Assembly (NCBI GenBank): GCA_965644295.1
Contig: CBFFRP010000669.1
Span: 1-61,647 of the forward strand
Direction of reading: 5' to 3'
From: Paraphysomonas bandaiensis
Lineage: Eukaryota; Protista; Chrysophyceae
Length of the DNA: 61,647 bases
Shown: piece by piece, positions 33,976 to 44,450 of the stretch
Numbering within the stretch: the stretch's first letter is position 1
Layout: each line of letters opens with the position of its first letter
Notes under the pieces: model-generated
Databases searched by the model: none
The model's input: only the letters and a program-made list of their open reading frames with translations
What the model was told of the DNA's origin: nothing
Made by a program: the position numbers and the translations under genes

Positions 33976-34347
33976 CTATTTTATTTTTTTAGTTCCGTAT
34001 AAAGATCTTGCATTTTTACGATGTGTTAAACCATGCAAATCAAATTTTCCACGAATTAATCTATATTTTAAACCTGGTAAATCAGGAGTTCTCCCACCTC
34101 TCACTAAAACTACTGCGTAATTTTTCAAAGTATGGCCTTCACCAGGAATATATGCTTCAGTTATAACATTATTCCAGAAGCGTACTTTAACTAATTTTCG
34201 TACTGCAGAATTTGGTTTTTTTGGACTGCAAGTAAAAACTTTATCACAAACACCTTTTTGTTGTGGATTCCCCTGTAATGCAGGAGTTTTGCTTTTATAT
34301 TTTTTATTTATACGACTAGATTTTAATAATTGATTAATTGTAACCAT
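33976..34347 (-). CDS. rps12: Ribosomal protein S12
   Basis: MVTINQL start, PKKPNSAVRK and DLPG. An alternative ATG lies at 34353. Confidence 0.97.
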   Translation of the reverse strand: MVTINQLLKSSRINKKYKSKTPALQGNPQQKGVCDKVFTCSPKKPNSAVRKLVKVRFWNNVITEAYIPGEGHTLKNYAVVLVRGGRTPDLPGLKYRLIRGKFDLHGLTHRKNARSLYGTKKIK

Positions 34348-34395
34348 AAACATTTCTACTTTTTACAAAAATCTATATACTAAAAAATTTAATTT

Positions 34396-35196
34396 TTAAT
34401 GACGATAATGGTGACCTATACTATCAGAAACAAACATGCAAAAAATAACTAAAAAAACATAAACTTGAATAACACTTACAATTACTTCTAATAAAAGAAG
34501 TGGAATTAATTTTAAACTTAAAAAAAATACTAATGCTGCTTTAAAGACTGTACTTGAATCTTTAGTATGACTAATAGCAAAAAGAGTATGTAAACATACT
34601 TTAACGACAATATGTCCTGACATAATATTTGAACACAACCGGCAAATAACACTAACTGGACGCATAACAAAAGTTAATAATTCAATTGGAAAAAGAAATG
34701 CTGCTAACCAGCTTTCCATTCCAGGCGCATGAAAAGACCTAAAAAAAGTTAATCCTCTTTCATATAAAAACCAAAAAAAAATACCAAAAGTAGGTGGTAA
34801 AGAAAAAGCACTGATAATTGAAAATTGACTTGTTAAACTCATAAAAATAGGCAAATTACCACCTAAATTTAACATTAATAAAAATATTCCCAATGAAAAT
34901 ATAATAGGAAATATAATTTGTTGGTAATATTTTACATGAACATGTTTTTCAATAATTGTTTGAATCACAATATATAATAAATGAAATTGAGTGTCTAATT
35001 GTGTTCCATGAATATTGTACGATTTTTTTTTAAAATTCATTAACATAGAAAAAGTATAAAATAATACTAAAACTAATATAAACAAAACAATAGTGGCATT
35101 TGATATGGTAAAATCAATATAAATCAAATTTAAAGGGTAAATTGGATTTATAATAAATTGTTCGAAAGGACTATTCCAATTAAAGTAAGGAAACAT
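34396..35196 (-). CDS. atp6: ATP synthase subunit 6 (a), divergent
   Basis: SPFEQF, PIEL...RPVSVICRLCSNIMSGH and IQVYVF. Confidence 0.93.
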   Translation of the reverse strand: MFPYFNWNSPFEQFIINPIYPLNLIYIDFTISNATIVLFILVLVLFYTFSMLMNFKKKSYNIHGTQLDTQFHLLYIVIQTIIEKHVHVKYYQQIIFPIIFSLGIFLLMLNLGGNLPIFMSLTSQFSIISAFSLPPTFGIFFWFLYERGLTFFRSFHAPGMESWLAAFLFPIELLTFVMRPVSVICRLCSNIMSGHIVVKVCLHTLFAISHTKDSSTVFKAALVFFLSLKLIPLLLLEVIVSVIQVYVFLVIFCMFVSDSIGHHYRH

Positions 35197-35255
35197 AAAT
35201 TAATTATAATACAGTGCAAAATAAATCTTAAATAAAATGAAATTATATATTAATT

Positions 35256-35331
35256 TTGAAATAGAAAGATTTGAACTCTCATTAAAACATTTATTAAACG
35301 CATGCCTGCCTTACCATTTGGCCATATTTCA
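35256..35331 (-). pseudogene. trnQ-derived tRNA-like gene with AAU anticodon and a 4-nt duplication
   Basis: TGAAATATGGCCAAATGGTAAGGCAGGCATGCGTTTAATAAATGT...GAGAGTTCAAATCTTTCTATTTCA aligns with trnQ at 33488-33559. Confidence 0.75.
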
Positions 35332-35393
35332 AAAAATTACAAGAAATATATTGTTTTATTTTCAATAAAATAAAAAGTTTTTACTTAATAAAT

Positions 35394-35693
35394 TTATTTA
35401 ATATTTACCCACTTCCATTTTAAGTGAATAAATTTAGGTAAATTATTACGTAAAACTAATAAACAAAATTTATTTGTTTTTAATTTAAAGCCTATTCTAT
35501 AATTAATAACTTTAAACGTTTCTTTTGACTTTTTGTTTACGTGAGGTGATTTTAATAAAGTTACTCTTTTAATTTTTTTAGGTATTGTAAAAGAATTAAA
35601 TCTTATTTTATACCGAGTAAAATTAATGGCTAAATATTTTTTATAAGAGTTTAAAGCTTTTTTAGATAAAGATGTAAATATTAAATAATACAT
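35394..35693 (-). CDS. rps10: Ribosomal protein S10
   Basis: PKKIKRVTLLKSPHVNKKSKETF. Confidence 0.94.
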   Translation of the reverse strand: MYYLIFTSLSKKALNSYKKYLAINFTRYKIRFNSFTIPKKIKRVTLLKSPHVNKKSKETFKVINYRIGFKLKTNKFCLLVLRNNLPKFIHLKWKWVNIK

Positions 35694-35720
35694 AAAAATA
35701 CTATGTTTAAGTAAATTACT

Positions 35721-36758
35721 TTACAAAATCGTTCTAATTATTAAGTATTCTTTAAATGATACTCCCATAACTACAATAGGCATAAAACCATGGTTAATAC
35801 CACAAATTTCACTACATTGACCGTAATATAAGCCAGGTCGTCGAATAAATAATGTTGCATGATTTAATCTACCTGGGCAAGCATCTACTTTAATTCCGAA
35901 TGAAGGTACAGCCCAACTATGTAATACATCTGCTGAAGTTATTAATAATCGTATATGCTGATTAGTAGGTAATATCAAACGATTATCAACTTCTAATAAA
36001 CGTAACATACCTGGCATTAAATCATCATAATTTATCATATATGAATCAAAACTAGTAGTAAAACCTTCTATATCTACTAAGTTATATTCATATGACCAAT
36101 ACCATTGATGTCCAGTTATTTTTAAAGTTAAATAAGGGTCTGTTAAATCATCTAAACTATATAATAAAGCAAAAGAAGGCAATGCTATTGCGTAAAGTAT
36201 TATTGCTGGAACTATTGTCCAAAAAATTTCAATTAACTTACAATGGCTAAAAAATTTATTAGCTTTTAAACTGAAATGTTTACGGCCATTTAAATATAAT
36301 AATTCTTCACTTTTAATATTATTTATATAACACACCTGATTTAAAAATAATGGGTTTCTATTTACATACATAGAATTAAACCTTCTAACTAAAAATTTTA
36401 TTTTTGACCATTTACCAGTTATAATTTTACGTTTAATCAAAAAAAGTAATTCCATGTTAAAATAAAATAAGTTATAAGTAGAAGGATCTGTTAAATTTTT
36501 TAAATATTGTCTAATTAAATTACTTTTACTATTATATTTTGCATAACGATGATGAATTGGATTTATTATTAAATCATAAATTAAACAAAAAATAATTACT
36601 ACAATTAAAATTAAAATAAGCATTAAGAAATCATGAAAATGTGTCATCCACTCTAAAACTTGAGTAGCAGGGTCTTGAATAGATACTTGATATGGTTCTG
36701 GAGCATCACAATAAACTGTTCCATAGTGAAAAAAAATTAAATTATCAAAATTAAACAT
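35721..36758 (-). CDS. cox2: Cytochrome c oxidase subunit 2 with an in-frame insertion
   Basis: [21 protein letters not shown] and the CuA motif [12 protein letters not shown]. Confidence 0.97.
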   Translation of the reverse strand: MFNFDNLIFFHYGTVYCDAPEPYQVSIQDPATQVLEWMTHFHDFLMLILILIVVIIFCLIYDLIINPIHHRYAKYNSKSNLIRQYLKNLTDPSTYNLFYFNMELLFLIKRKIITGKWSKIKFLVRRFNSMYVNRNPLFLNQVCYINNIKSEELLYLNGRKHFSLKANKFFSHCKLIEIFWTIVPAIILYAIALPSFALLYSLDDLTDPYLTLKITGHQWYWSYEYNLVDIEGFTTSFDSYMINYDDLMPGMLRLLEVDNRLILPTNQHIRLLITSADVLHSWAVPSFGIKVDACPGRLNHATLFIRRPGLYYGQCSEICGINHGFMPIVVMGVSFKEYLIIRTIL

Positions 36759-36875
36759 AAAAGTTATTTATAAAGGATTAAAATTTTAAAGCAAGGTTGT
36801 TAAAACTAATTTTTTAATTAGAATTAGTTACTAAAATAACATTTAAAATTAAATACTAAATTTAATTGTTTTTTA

Positions 36876-37177
36876 TTACGCATCCTCAAAAATTTCAACT
36901 GTTGGATACATTTTTAAAAAAATAGAAAAATAAAAACTAGTAATACTTTGACTAATTTCTACATAAGGGTAATCTACAGGTTTTTGACCAAGCCACCCTA
37001 ATGCTAAAAAGACAAAAATAAATAACCAATAAGTATATGCAGTTAACGGTTTAAAAATGTTTGAACGTATTTCAGATGGATTAATAAAAGGTAATATTAA
37101 CCAACATGCTAACGCTCCAAACATACTTAATACTCCACCCAATTTATCTGGAACAGATCGTAAAATTGCATAAAAAG
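36876..37177 (-). CDS. cob: Apocytochrome b, exon 2
   Basis: Splicing restores [21 protein letters not shown]. The exons total 1137 nt (378 aa plus stop). Confidence 0.95.
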
Positions 37178-39280
37178 ATAGGGTAAATATTTAAAGCCTT
37201 GTAATTAATAATATTTATAAGGCTACTTAAAAATTCCCCTCAGAACTTAGCGTGCGCTTTTCAACGCACTAAGCTCGCTACTTAATTTTTATAGCTATTA
37301 CGGTTTTTTAAAAAAACCATATAAAATATAAACCAATAATATAAGTGAATTAAAATAAAATATATAAATAAATTAAATATATTTAATATAAACATATCCT
37401 CCGTTATAGTTAGACACATCTTTTATTAAATATTCAGGTATAAAAAGACTATTTTTAGTTTTAGGGTCAGTTAAATTTTTACCAAATTTTTTAAAAACTG
37501 CTCTTCTACTTGATAATTTATATTTTAACCCTAATGTTAAAGCACAAGATTGTCGTAATATTAATTTTAATATTCTATTAAATATATGAAAGTTATTTAC
37601 ATGTGAATAATATGTTAAATAGTTTTTTATAATAAAATTATATTGGTCTATTATATTACTATGAGAATAATTGACCCAAGCTGTAATTGCATTAAATACC
37701 CATTTTCTTTTTTTTTCAATAAAAAATTTTTTTTTTATTAACCACTTTTTAATTTTGGTATATGGTGCATCTATACATATTTTATTAAACCCTTTAATTT
37801 TTACTAAATAAATATTATAGTTAAGAAAAAATATATTACTTCGATTAGCAGAAATTAATTTAAATAACTCAGGCGATAATTTAAACTGTAATATTTCACT
37901 TAAAAAATTTACAATTCTAATATAAATATTATCATAATCGTCTGGTAAACCTTTTATTCCTATTAACCACGAATTTTCATACCTACTATAATATATTTTA
38001 ACTTTATATTGTAATTTATTTGCTTTAATTAAAGATATGTTACGGGAGGGTTTATTAAAATAAAAATTACATGCTTTTTTAGTATTAAACTCTTTTTCTA
38101 GCTTGTTAATGTAAATATCTAATTCATGAAAATAAATATTTATTAATATAGTTGAAATAATCAATTTTTTAGAAATCCCAATTAAAACTTTTTGTTTTTG
38201 GCCATTAAAAATTTCTTCCAAACGAAGATATTTCCATAATAAATCTAACACTTGTTGATCTTTAATTTTTTGTTGAATTAATTTTATTAAAGTATGATGA
38301 TCAACTTTATTAAAAAAATCTAAATTTGAACTATTAATAAACCAATTTATATTTTTCCAAGAACGTATATTTTTACAAACAGTATGTATATTATAATTCT
38401 TTACATCTTTAAATACTGCTTCTAATAAAAGTAGTAAACTTTGTTGTACAATTTTATCTTCTATTGAAGGAATTTCTAAAACCTGTGATTTATTTTTAGT
38501 TACTATGATTTTTTTAAAAGATAATGGTATATATGCTTCAGATTTTAATTGATTAGATAAATTTAAAAAAAAATTATCATTAATTTCTAAAGAAAATAAA
38601 TTTTGATTTAAACTTTTTTCTAACAAATTAAAATTCGATTTTATTTTTAAATAACTAATTTTTAACACCTTTGGATCATATATTATTGGATATATATTTT
38701 TTATAGAGTCAAAGTCTCTATATGCTACTTCAGAAAGCATTTGTAAACCGTTTAATACAGCATAATTTACTTTTTGAAAATTAAGCTGTTTCCCTTCATT
38801 AAAATTATTAACTACTATGGAAACTCTGTTATCATAGGTATTACTACCCTTAGATAATCCCGAATTTGTTGATATGTCGATACCTAAAGATTTATTGGTA
38901 CTATACGCACGAATAATCTTCGTAAACTTAGTATATTGATATTGGAAACCATTAAATTTGGTTGATATCTTGTTAACTCTTTTATATGGTCTTTTACCAA
39001 TACCATATAATAACAAGAACTGAGTGAATTTTCCTGTTCTCAGTAGCTGGTATATTCTCTTATCTATCATTTTAATTATACATATTTACATTAACTTGAG
39101 ATACTTCCTAGAGTTTACAGGATCACTCCGATTACCTCTTTCTAAGCATGCTTCACTCCCCTACTCTTTCGAGCTAAGATCTATTGCTAGATTCAGATAA
39201 GCTTAGTGTTTTACTGGTATTTAGAGTATACCAGACTAGTCGGTTACACTAGCAGTCGACATATAACCTAGACGGCGCAC
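37178..39280 (-). mobile_element. Group II intron (IIA-like ends), 2103 nt, in cob
   Basis: 5' end GTGCGCC, 3' end ACCCTAT, and domain V GAGCTTAGTGCGTTGAAAAGCGCACGCTAAGTTC at ~37243-37276. Confidence 0.96.
37373..39070 (-). CDS. Intron-encoded degenerate reverse transcriptase/maturase
   Basis: RT blocks IPSIEDKIVQQ, FFNKVDH and ILINIYFHELD; RYENSWLIG at the YADD position; domain X motif LRQSCALTLGLKYK. No HNH tail. The start codon is uncertain. Confidence 0.88.
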   Translation of the reverse strand: MIDKRIYQLLRTGKFTQFLLLYGIGKRPYKRVNKISTKFNGFQYQYTKFTKIIRAYSTNKSLGIDISTNSGLSKGSNTYDNRVSIVVNNFNEGKQLNFQKVNYAVLNGLQMLSEVAYRDFDSIKNIYPIIYDPKVLKISYLKIKSNFNLLEKSLNQNLFSLEINDNFFLNLSNQLKSEAYIPLSFKKIIVTKNKSQVLEIPSIEDKIVQQSLLLLLEAVFKDVKNYNIHTVCKNIRSWKNINWFINSSNLDFFNKVDHHTLIKLIQQKIKDQQVLDLLWKYLRLEEIFNGQKQKVLIGISKKLIISTILINIYFHELDIYINKLEKEFNTKKACNFYFNKPSRNISLIKANKLQYKVKIYYSRYENSWLIGIKGLPDDYDNIYIRIVNFLSEILQFKLSPELFKLISANRSNIFFLNYNIYLVKIKGFNKICIDAPYTKIKKWLIKKKFFIEKKRKWVFNAITAWVNYSHSNIIDQYNFIIKNYLTYYSHVNNFHIFNRILKLILRQSCALTLGLKYKLSSRRAVFKKFGKNLTDPKTKNSLFIPEYLIKDVSNYNGGYVYIKYI

Positions 39281-40115
39281 GTAAAAAATACCATTCTGGC
39301 ACAATATGTAATGGAGTTAATATTGGATCTGCAGGAATATAATTATCAGGATGTCCTAACATATTTGGGTAAAAAAAAACTAAATATAAATAAACGAATA
39401 AAAATAACCATAATGCATATAAATCTTTAATAACAAAATAAGGATAAAATTGAACAACAGATATATTTGTATTAATTCCTAAAGGATTATTTGATCCTGA
39501 AGCATGCAATAAACTTAAATGTACACAAGTTAAACCTGCAATTGTAAAAGGTAAAAAATAATGTAAGCTATAAAAGCGATTTAATGTTGATTGGTCTACA
39601 GAAAATCCTCCCCACAACCATTCAACAATTGATGAGCCATAAATAGGAATAGCTGAAAATAAGTTTGTAATAACTGTTGCTCCCCAAAAACTCATTTGTC
39701 CCCATGGCAATACATAACCTAAAAAAGCAGTTGCCATCATTAATATAAAGATTAAAAGGCCACTACACCATAAAGTACGCCTTGGATACATATATGAGCC
39801 ATAATAAAAGCCCCTAAATATATGCAAATAAACAATTATAAAAAACATTGAAGCACCATTTGCATGTAAATAACGAATTAACCATCCATAGTTTACATTT
39901 CGCATAATATGTTCAATACTATCAAATGCAAAATTAACATGTGGAATATAATGCATTGCTAAAAAAATACCAGATACCATTTGAATTACTAAACATAACC
40001 CAGCAAGAGATCCAAAACTCCAAAAATAATTTAAATTTATAGGTGTTGGATAAATTATTATATGACTACTGATAAAAGTTATAATGAAGTGCTTAATCCA
40101 CCTCCCACTTATCAT
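39281..40115 (-). CDS. cob: Apocytochrome b, exon 1
   Basis: [36 protein letters not shown] and HIVPEWYFL. Confidence 0.98.
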
Positions 40116-40345
40116 AACTTTTTAGAAGACTTTTTTAATGATTTATAATATAAACCTGCAAAATAATCTAAAAGAATTACTTTTTCTTTTTTTCGGTTTA
40201 CATATACATCAACTTTTTTAACTGTTTTTTGATACTCACTTATAGATGTTATAATATAATATAGTATAAAAAAATATGATACTTGAAAAAAAAATACTGT
40301 CCAAAAACCTAAAGAAGACCAAACGTAAAAATCGAATTGAGGCAT
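40112..40345 (-). CDS. atp8: ATP synthase subunit 8
   Basis: MPQFD N-terminus followed by one transmembrane helix. Confidence 0.92.
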   Translation of the reverse strand: MPQFDFYVWSSLGFWTVFFFQVSYFFILYYIITSISEYQKTVKKVDVYVNRKKEKVILLDYFAGLYYKSLKKSSKKL

Positions 40346-40461
40346 AAAGCTAAATAAAATCTTATAAAAAATAAAAGTAATAATAAATAAGTTTTGTTAT
40401 ACAACTTTTTAAGTATACAACCTTTTCCTATAAGCCACTTAAAAACTATTAAGTTAATTTT

Positions 40462-40965
40462 TTATTTTAATGCCCTAAATTTTTGATACTTTTTACGACG
40501 TTTCTTTTTAGCGCGACAACCATTAAATATTTTTAAAGAATCAAATATAAATAATAAAGGTAACCGTTTTGCTGACTTAAACTTCTTTATTATAAATTTA
40601 TATAAATACCGAGGAGATTTAATACACACTATAAAATTAGTGACTCTTCTAAGTTTAATACAAATTGAATTAATTAAAAAATTCAAAGCAAATTTTACAC
40701 TTCGTTTAGTAGATTTGCAATTTTCTAAACCACAAGACCAAATTTTTATTACTTTTAATACACCTGATATTAATCGTATAAAAGTAGCAAATATATTATT
40801 TGACTTTACTTGTAATTTTAAACAATATTTATTTTTAAATGAAAATTTATTTAAACTATATAAATTAGAGTCTAAAAAATAAATTGAATTTAAAGAAATT
40901 AATTTTTTTTTAAGGTTTTTTTTAAATATTTTTTTCTTTGCACTTGATTTAACTAAAGATCCCAT
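40462..40965 (-). CDS. rps11: Ribosomal protein S11
   Basis: KSNNIFAT, WSCG and FNGCRAKKKRRK; follows rps13. Confidence 0.9.
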   Translation of the reverse strand: MGSLVKSSAKKKIFKKNLKKKLISLNSIYFLDSNLYSLNKFSFKNKYCLKLQVKSNNIFATFIRLISGVLKVIKIWSCGLENCKSTKRSVKFALNFLINSICIKLRRVTNFIVCIKSPRYLYKFIIKKFKSAKRLPLLFIFDSLKIFNGCRAKKKRRKKYQKFRALK

Positions 40966-40968
40966 AAT

Positions 40969-41289
40969 TTAAAATTTAAACTTTTTTTTTGTTCTTCTAT
41001 TTGTACGAGTTCGTTGTCCATGAGAGGGCAACCTTAACATATGCCTAATTCCTCTATAAAGTTTAATATCCCAAAAAAAGTTTAACTTTTTTGATATAAA
41101 GTATTTATCTAAATTTATATGATTAAATGCTTTTGTTACAAATAAACGGTGAATTTGTTTTAAATTTAACGCTTTATTATTAGGATTTGTGCCGCAAATA
41201 TTACAAAAATGATATAACTTTTTTCTATTTAACTGATACTGTTTTCTAAATAAAACTAATGGTGAATAAGTTTTTTTCCTTTTAACCAT
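40969..41289 (-). CDS. rps13: Ribosomal protein S13
   Basis: YRGIRHMLRLPSHGQRTRTN. Confidence 0.93.
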   Translation of the reverse strand: MVKRKKTYSPLVLFRKQYQLNRKKLYHFCNICGTNPNNKALNLKQIHRLFVTKAFNHINLDKYFISKKLNFFWDIKLYRGIRHMLRLPSHGQRTRTNRRTKKKFKF

Positions 41290-41291
41290 AA

Positions 41292-41870
41292 TTATAAAAA
41301 AGTTGTTATATGTGCTGATCGACCTAAATCTATTGGATCTACACGGTTTAAAACTGTTTTATTAAAGTCTAAAGATAAAATAACAGCTCCAATTAAAGCT
41401 AATAATAAAATAAAACCAGCTAATAATAATGTATTTAAATAGTAATTATATAAAATTTGACCAATAATAAAAATTTCTATGATTTTTTCTTCTATATTTA
41501 AAAAGCTTATATTTTTACAGTAATAAAATAAATCTGACGAAAAAATAAAAGGCTGATAAATATAAAATATATAAAAAAAACAAAAAAAATTTAAAATAAA
41601 GTTCAAAGGTAAAAAAAATAAAATTGTTGTATCACTTAATTTTACACGTAACATCATAACAACAAATAAAAATAGTACCGCAATTGCACCAACATAAACT
41701 AAAATAAATAATAGTGAGATAAATTCTAATTGAAAAATAGACAATACTATTGCACTCTCACAAAAAAGTAAAACTAGTAATAAAATAGAATGTATTGGAT
41801 TACTGGCAAAAAATATAAAAGTAGCAGTAAAAACTTGTAAATGAAAAAAATAAAAATAAAAATAAAACAT
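41292..41870 (-). CDS. nad6: NADH dehydrogenase subunit 6
   Basis: NPIHSIL and VYVGAIAVLFLFVVMML. Confidence 0.97.
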   Translation of the reverse strand: MFYFYFYFFHLQVFTATFIFFASNPIHSILLLVLLFCESAIVLSIFQLEFISLLFILVYVGAIAVLFLFVVMMLRVKLSDTTILFFLPLNFILNFFCFFYIFYIYQPFIFSSDLFYYCKNISFLNIEEKIIEIFIIGQILYNYYLNTLLLAGFILLLALIGAVILSLDFNKTVLNRVDPIDLGRSAHITTFL

Positions 41871-41881
41871 TTATAATAAAA

Positions 41882-42265
41882 TTAATTGCGAATCCCAGCA
41901 CATAATGATAAAAGCCGCATAAAATGGGTATAACGAAAAAAACGTGGTAAAAAACCAAAAATTCGAGTACCTATTAATTTATTATTGTTATTTAGTAACA
42001 CAACCGAATTACTATAAAATGCTAATTTATCACCAGAGAATAAATTATACCCTACTTTAGTTCGAACAACTAAAGCTTTAACAATAGAGCCCTTTTTAAC
42101 TTTAGAAACAAAGCGTCTTTTTTTTCTTAATTTTTTAATAGAAACAATTAAAAGATCCCCAATACGAGCATAACGACGATATGGGTTAGAAACAATACGA
42201 ATACAGGATACCGCCCTGGCACCTGAATTATCAATAACATTCATTTGACTTTCTTTTTGTAGCAT
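41882..42265 (-). CDS. rpl14: Ribosomal protein L14
   Basis: MLQKES...VIDNSGA and GTRIFG. ATG 42265 is preferred over the track start at 42298. Confidence 0.95.
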   Translation of the reverse strand: MLQKESQMNVIDNSGARAVSCIRIVSNPYRRYARIGDLLIVSIKKLRKKRRFVSKVKKGSIVKALVVRTKVGYNLFSGDKLAFYSNSVVLLNNNNKLIGTRIFGFLPRFFRYTHFMRLLSLCAGIRN

Positions 42266-42282
42266 AAAAATATATATTGTTT

Positions 42283-42903
42283 TTATTTTAAAACCCAAAA
42301 TAAAAAATTATTTTGTAAAAATTTTACTAAATTTTTTTTAAAACCCCAATTAATACTTCCTTGTGCTGTATATAATACTCTTTTCAACTCTATGTTTGTT
42401 TTAATTTTAGGCAAATTAAAATTAAAATTTTCACTTTCTCGATTCCCTATAAAGTGAAATACGGGTAATTTAAAATTTAAGGTCAAATATTGATCTTTTA
42501 ATTTATTTTTTAAAGAAAAATAATTTTTTGATTCTGATATACTAAAAGGTTGAGTTAATTTGTTTAAAATTAAAAATAAATTAAAAAAATATTTAAATAT
42601 TTTTTTTTTAGTTATCGAAACAAATAATAAAATATCCGCGGATAATGAATTTTTTGAAATTGATTGAATATAATTAGTATTAATGTGTATATTATTAGTA
42701 CTATATAAATATAAAAACAATATACTATTAATTTGAGTTTTTGATATTTCTGAGTTAGAAGATAAATTTGATTCTTTAAAAAATATATTAAATTGAATTT
42801 TATTACATTCAGGAATCAAATAAATACTTTTAAGAGAATATTTATATATTAAATCACAATTATTAAAATATTTGATAAAATTATAATTAATATACGGGCG
42901 CAT
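42283..42903 (-). CDS. rpl5: Probable divergent ribosomal protein L5
   Basis: DLIYKYSLKSIYLIPECNKI resembles the L5 N-terminus, and the gene is adjacent to rpl14. Confidence 0.65.
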   Translation of the reverse strand: MRPYINYNFIKYFNNCDLIYKYSLKSIYLIPECNKIQFNIFFKESNLSSNSEISKTQINSILFLYLYSTNNIHINTNYIQSISKNSLSADILLFVSITKKKIFKYFFNLFLILNKLTQPFSISESKNYFSLKNKLKDQYLTLNFKLPVFHFIGNRESENFNFNLPKIKTNIELKRVLYTAQGSINWGFKKNLVKFLQNNFLFWVLK

Positions 42904-42909
42904 AAATTT

Positions 42910-44364
42910 TTAAATAAAAAATTTTAATTGAATAACAACAGCTGATGCATGAATATATTTTAAACACAAATATGGATAAAAACCTAATATTATTACACAA
43001 AAAAATAAAGGAAAAATAATTAAAAGCTCACGCTTAGCTAAATCATTAGCAAAATTTGTATATAGATACTTTAATTGACCAAAAGATACTTTATTAAAGA
43101 CCCATAAAGAATAAGAGCCACATAAAACAACACTTAAAATTACAGCTGAAGCAGTAACAAAATTAACTTTAAAAATTCCCAATAAAATTAAAAACTCACC
43201 TACAAAACTACTTGTTCCTGGTAAAGCAATATTTGCCATTGTAAAAATTAAAAAATATGTAGCAAATAATGGCATTACTTGAGCAAGGCCGCTATAATAA
43301 TAAATTGAGCGAGTATGATATCTAACATAAATCATACCTACTAAAAAAAATAATGCACTAGATACAAAACCATGGCTTATGCTTTGAAAAACTGCACCTT
43401 CTAACCCCATTAAATTAAAGCTAAATAAACCAATTACAATTAAATTCATGTGTGCTACTGAAGAATAGGCAATAATTCTTTTTAAATCAACTTGTCTTAT
43501 AGCTGTTATTGACGTATAAACAACTCCTATACTGCATAAACAATATACAAGCGGAGCATAAAAAATTGAAGCTATAGGAAATAAAGGTAAACTAAACCGA
43601 ATAAATCCATAAACCCCTAGCTTTAATAAAACGCCTGCAAGTATTACAGAACCAATTGTTGGAGCTTCAACATGAGCTTCAGGCAACCATATGTGTAAAG
43701 GAAAAACTGGAATTTTCGAAGAAAAAGATAAAAAAAAAGCAAGCCATAAATATTTTTGTTCAAGAATTGTAAAATTATAATTTAGTAAATACTCTAAATT
43801 AAATGTTCCTGTTATAAAATAAATATATAAAACACCTAATAACATTAATAAAGAACCACATAAAGTATAAAAAAACAGCATATAAACAGCCCAAATTTTT
43901 CTTTCGCGTGAACCCCATAAACCTATAATTATATACATAGGAATTAATATCGCTTCGAAAAAAACATAGAATAATAAAATATCTAATACTGAAAAAACTA
44001 ATAATAATAATAATTCAATAACAAATAAATTTATAACATAAAACCACAATAATGATTCATGAATAACAAAAGCAATACTAATAAAAATTAAAAAACTGCT
44101 TAAAATAAAAAAAAATAATGATAAACCATCTAACCCAAAAGAAAGGTGTAAATTATAATATTCAAAATTTAATGAGTGTCTAATAATATATTGAAAATAA
44201 TAAAATTGATAATCAAATAGAAATAATAACTTTAAAGAGTAAATAAAAACTATACCTGAAAAAAACAATGACTGTGCTTGTAAGCCTTTAAATGAGATAC
44301 TATCTTTAAAGCTTATTAAATAAGCTAAAATTAAAAGTAACCAAAAATATAAAAAAGATAACAT
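42910..44364 (-). CDS. nad4: NADH dehydrogenase subunit 4
   Basis: HIWLPEAHVEAPT and DLKRIIAYSSVAHM. Confidence 0.98.
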   Translation of the reverse strand: MLSFLYFWLLLILAYLISFKDSISFKGLQAQSLFFSGIVFIYSLKLLFLFDYQFYYFQYIIRHSLNFEYYNLHLSFGLDGLSLFFFILSSFLIFISIAFVIHESLLWFYVINLFVIELLLLLVFSVLDILLFYVFFEAILIPMYIIIGLWGSRERKIWAVYMLFFYTLCGSLLMLLGVLYIYFITGTFNLEYLLNYNFTILEQKYLWLAFFLSFSSKIPVFPLHIWLPEAHVEAPTIGSVILAGVLLKLGVYGFIRFSLPLFPIASIFYAPLVYCLCSIGVVYTSITAIRQVDLKRIIAYSSVAHMNLIVIGLFSFNLMGLEGAVFQSISHGFVSSALFFLVGMIYVRYHTRSIYYYSGLAQVMPLFATYFLIFTMANIALPGTSSFVGEFLILLGIFKVNFVTASAVILSVVLCGSYSLWVFNKVSFGQLKYLYTNFANDLAKRELLIIFPLFFCVIILGFYPYLCLKYIHASAVVIQLKFFI

Positions 44365-44450
44365 ATTAAATTATTTATTAAATATAAAAATTTAATTTAA
44401 TAAAACCTACAGCTTAAAAACCTCTCCAATAATCAATTAATTGCAAATTT

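Noticed and set aside
39249-39280. ORF-track C-terminus [10 protein letters not shown] of cob
   Set aside because: It is read-through into the intron 5' end (GTGCG); splicing restores the normal protein.
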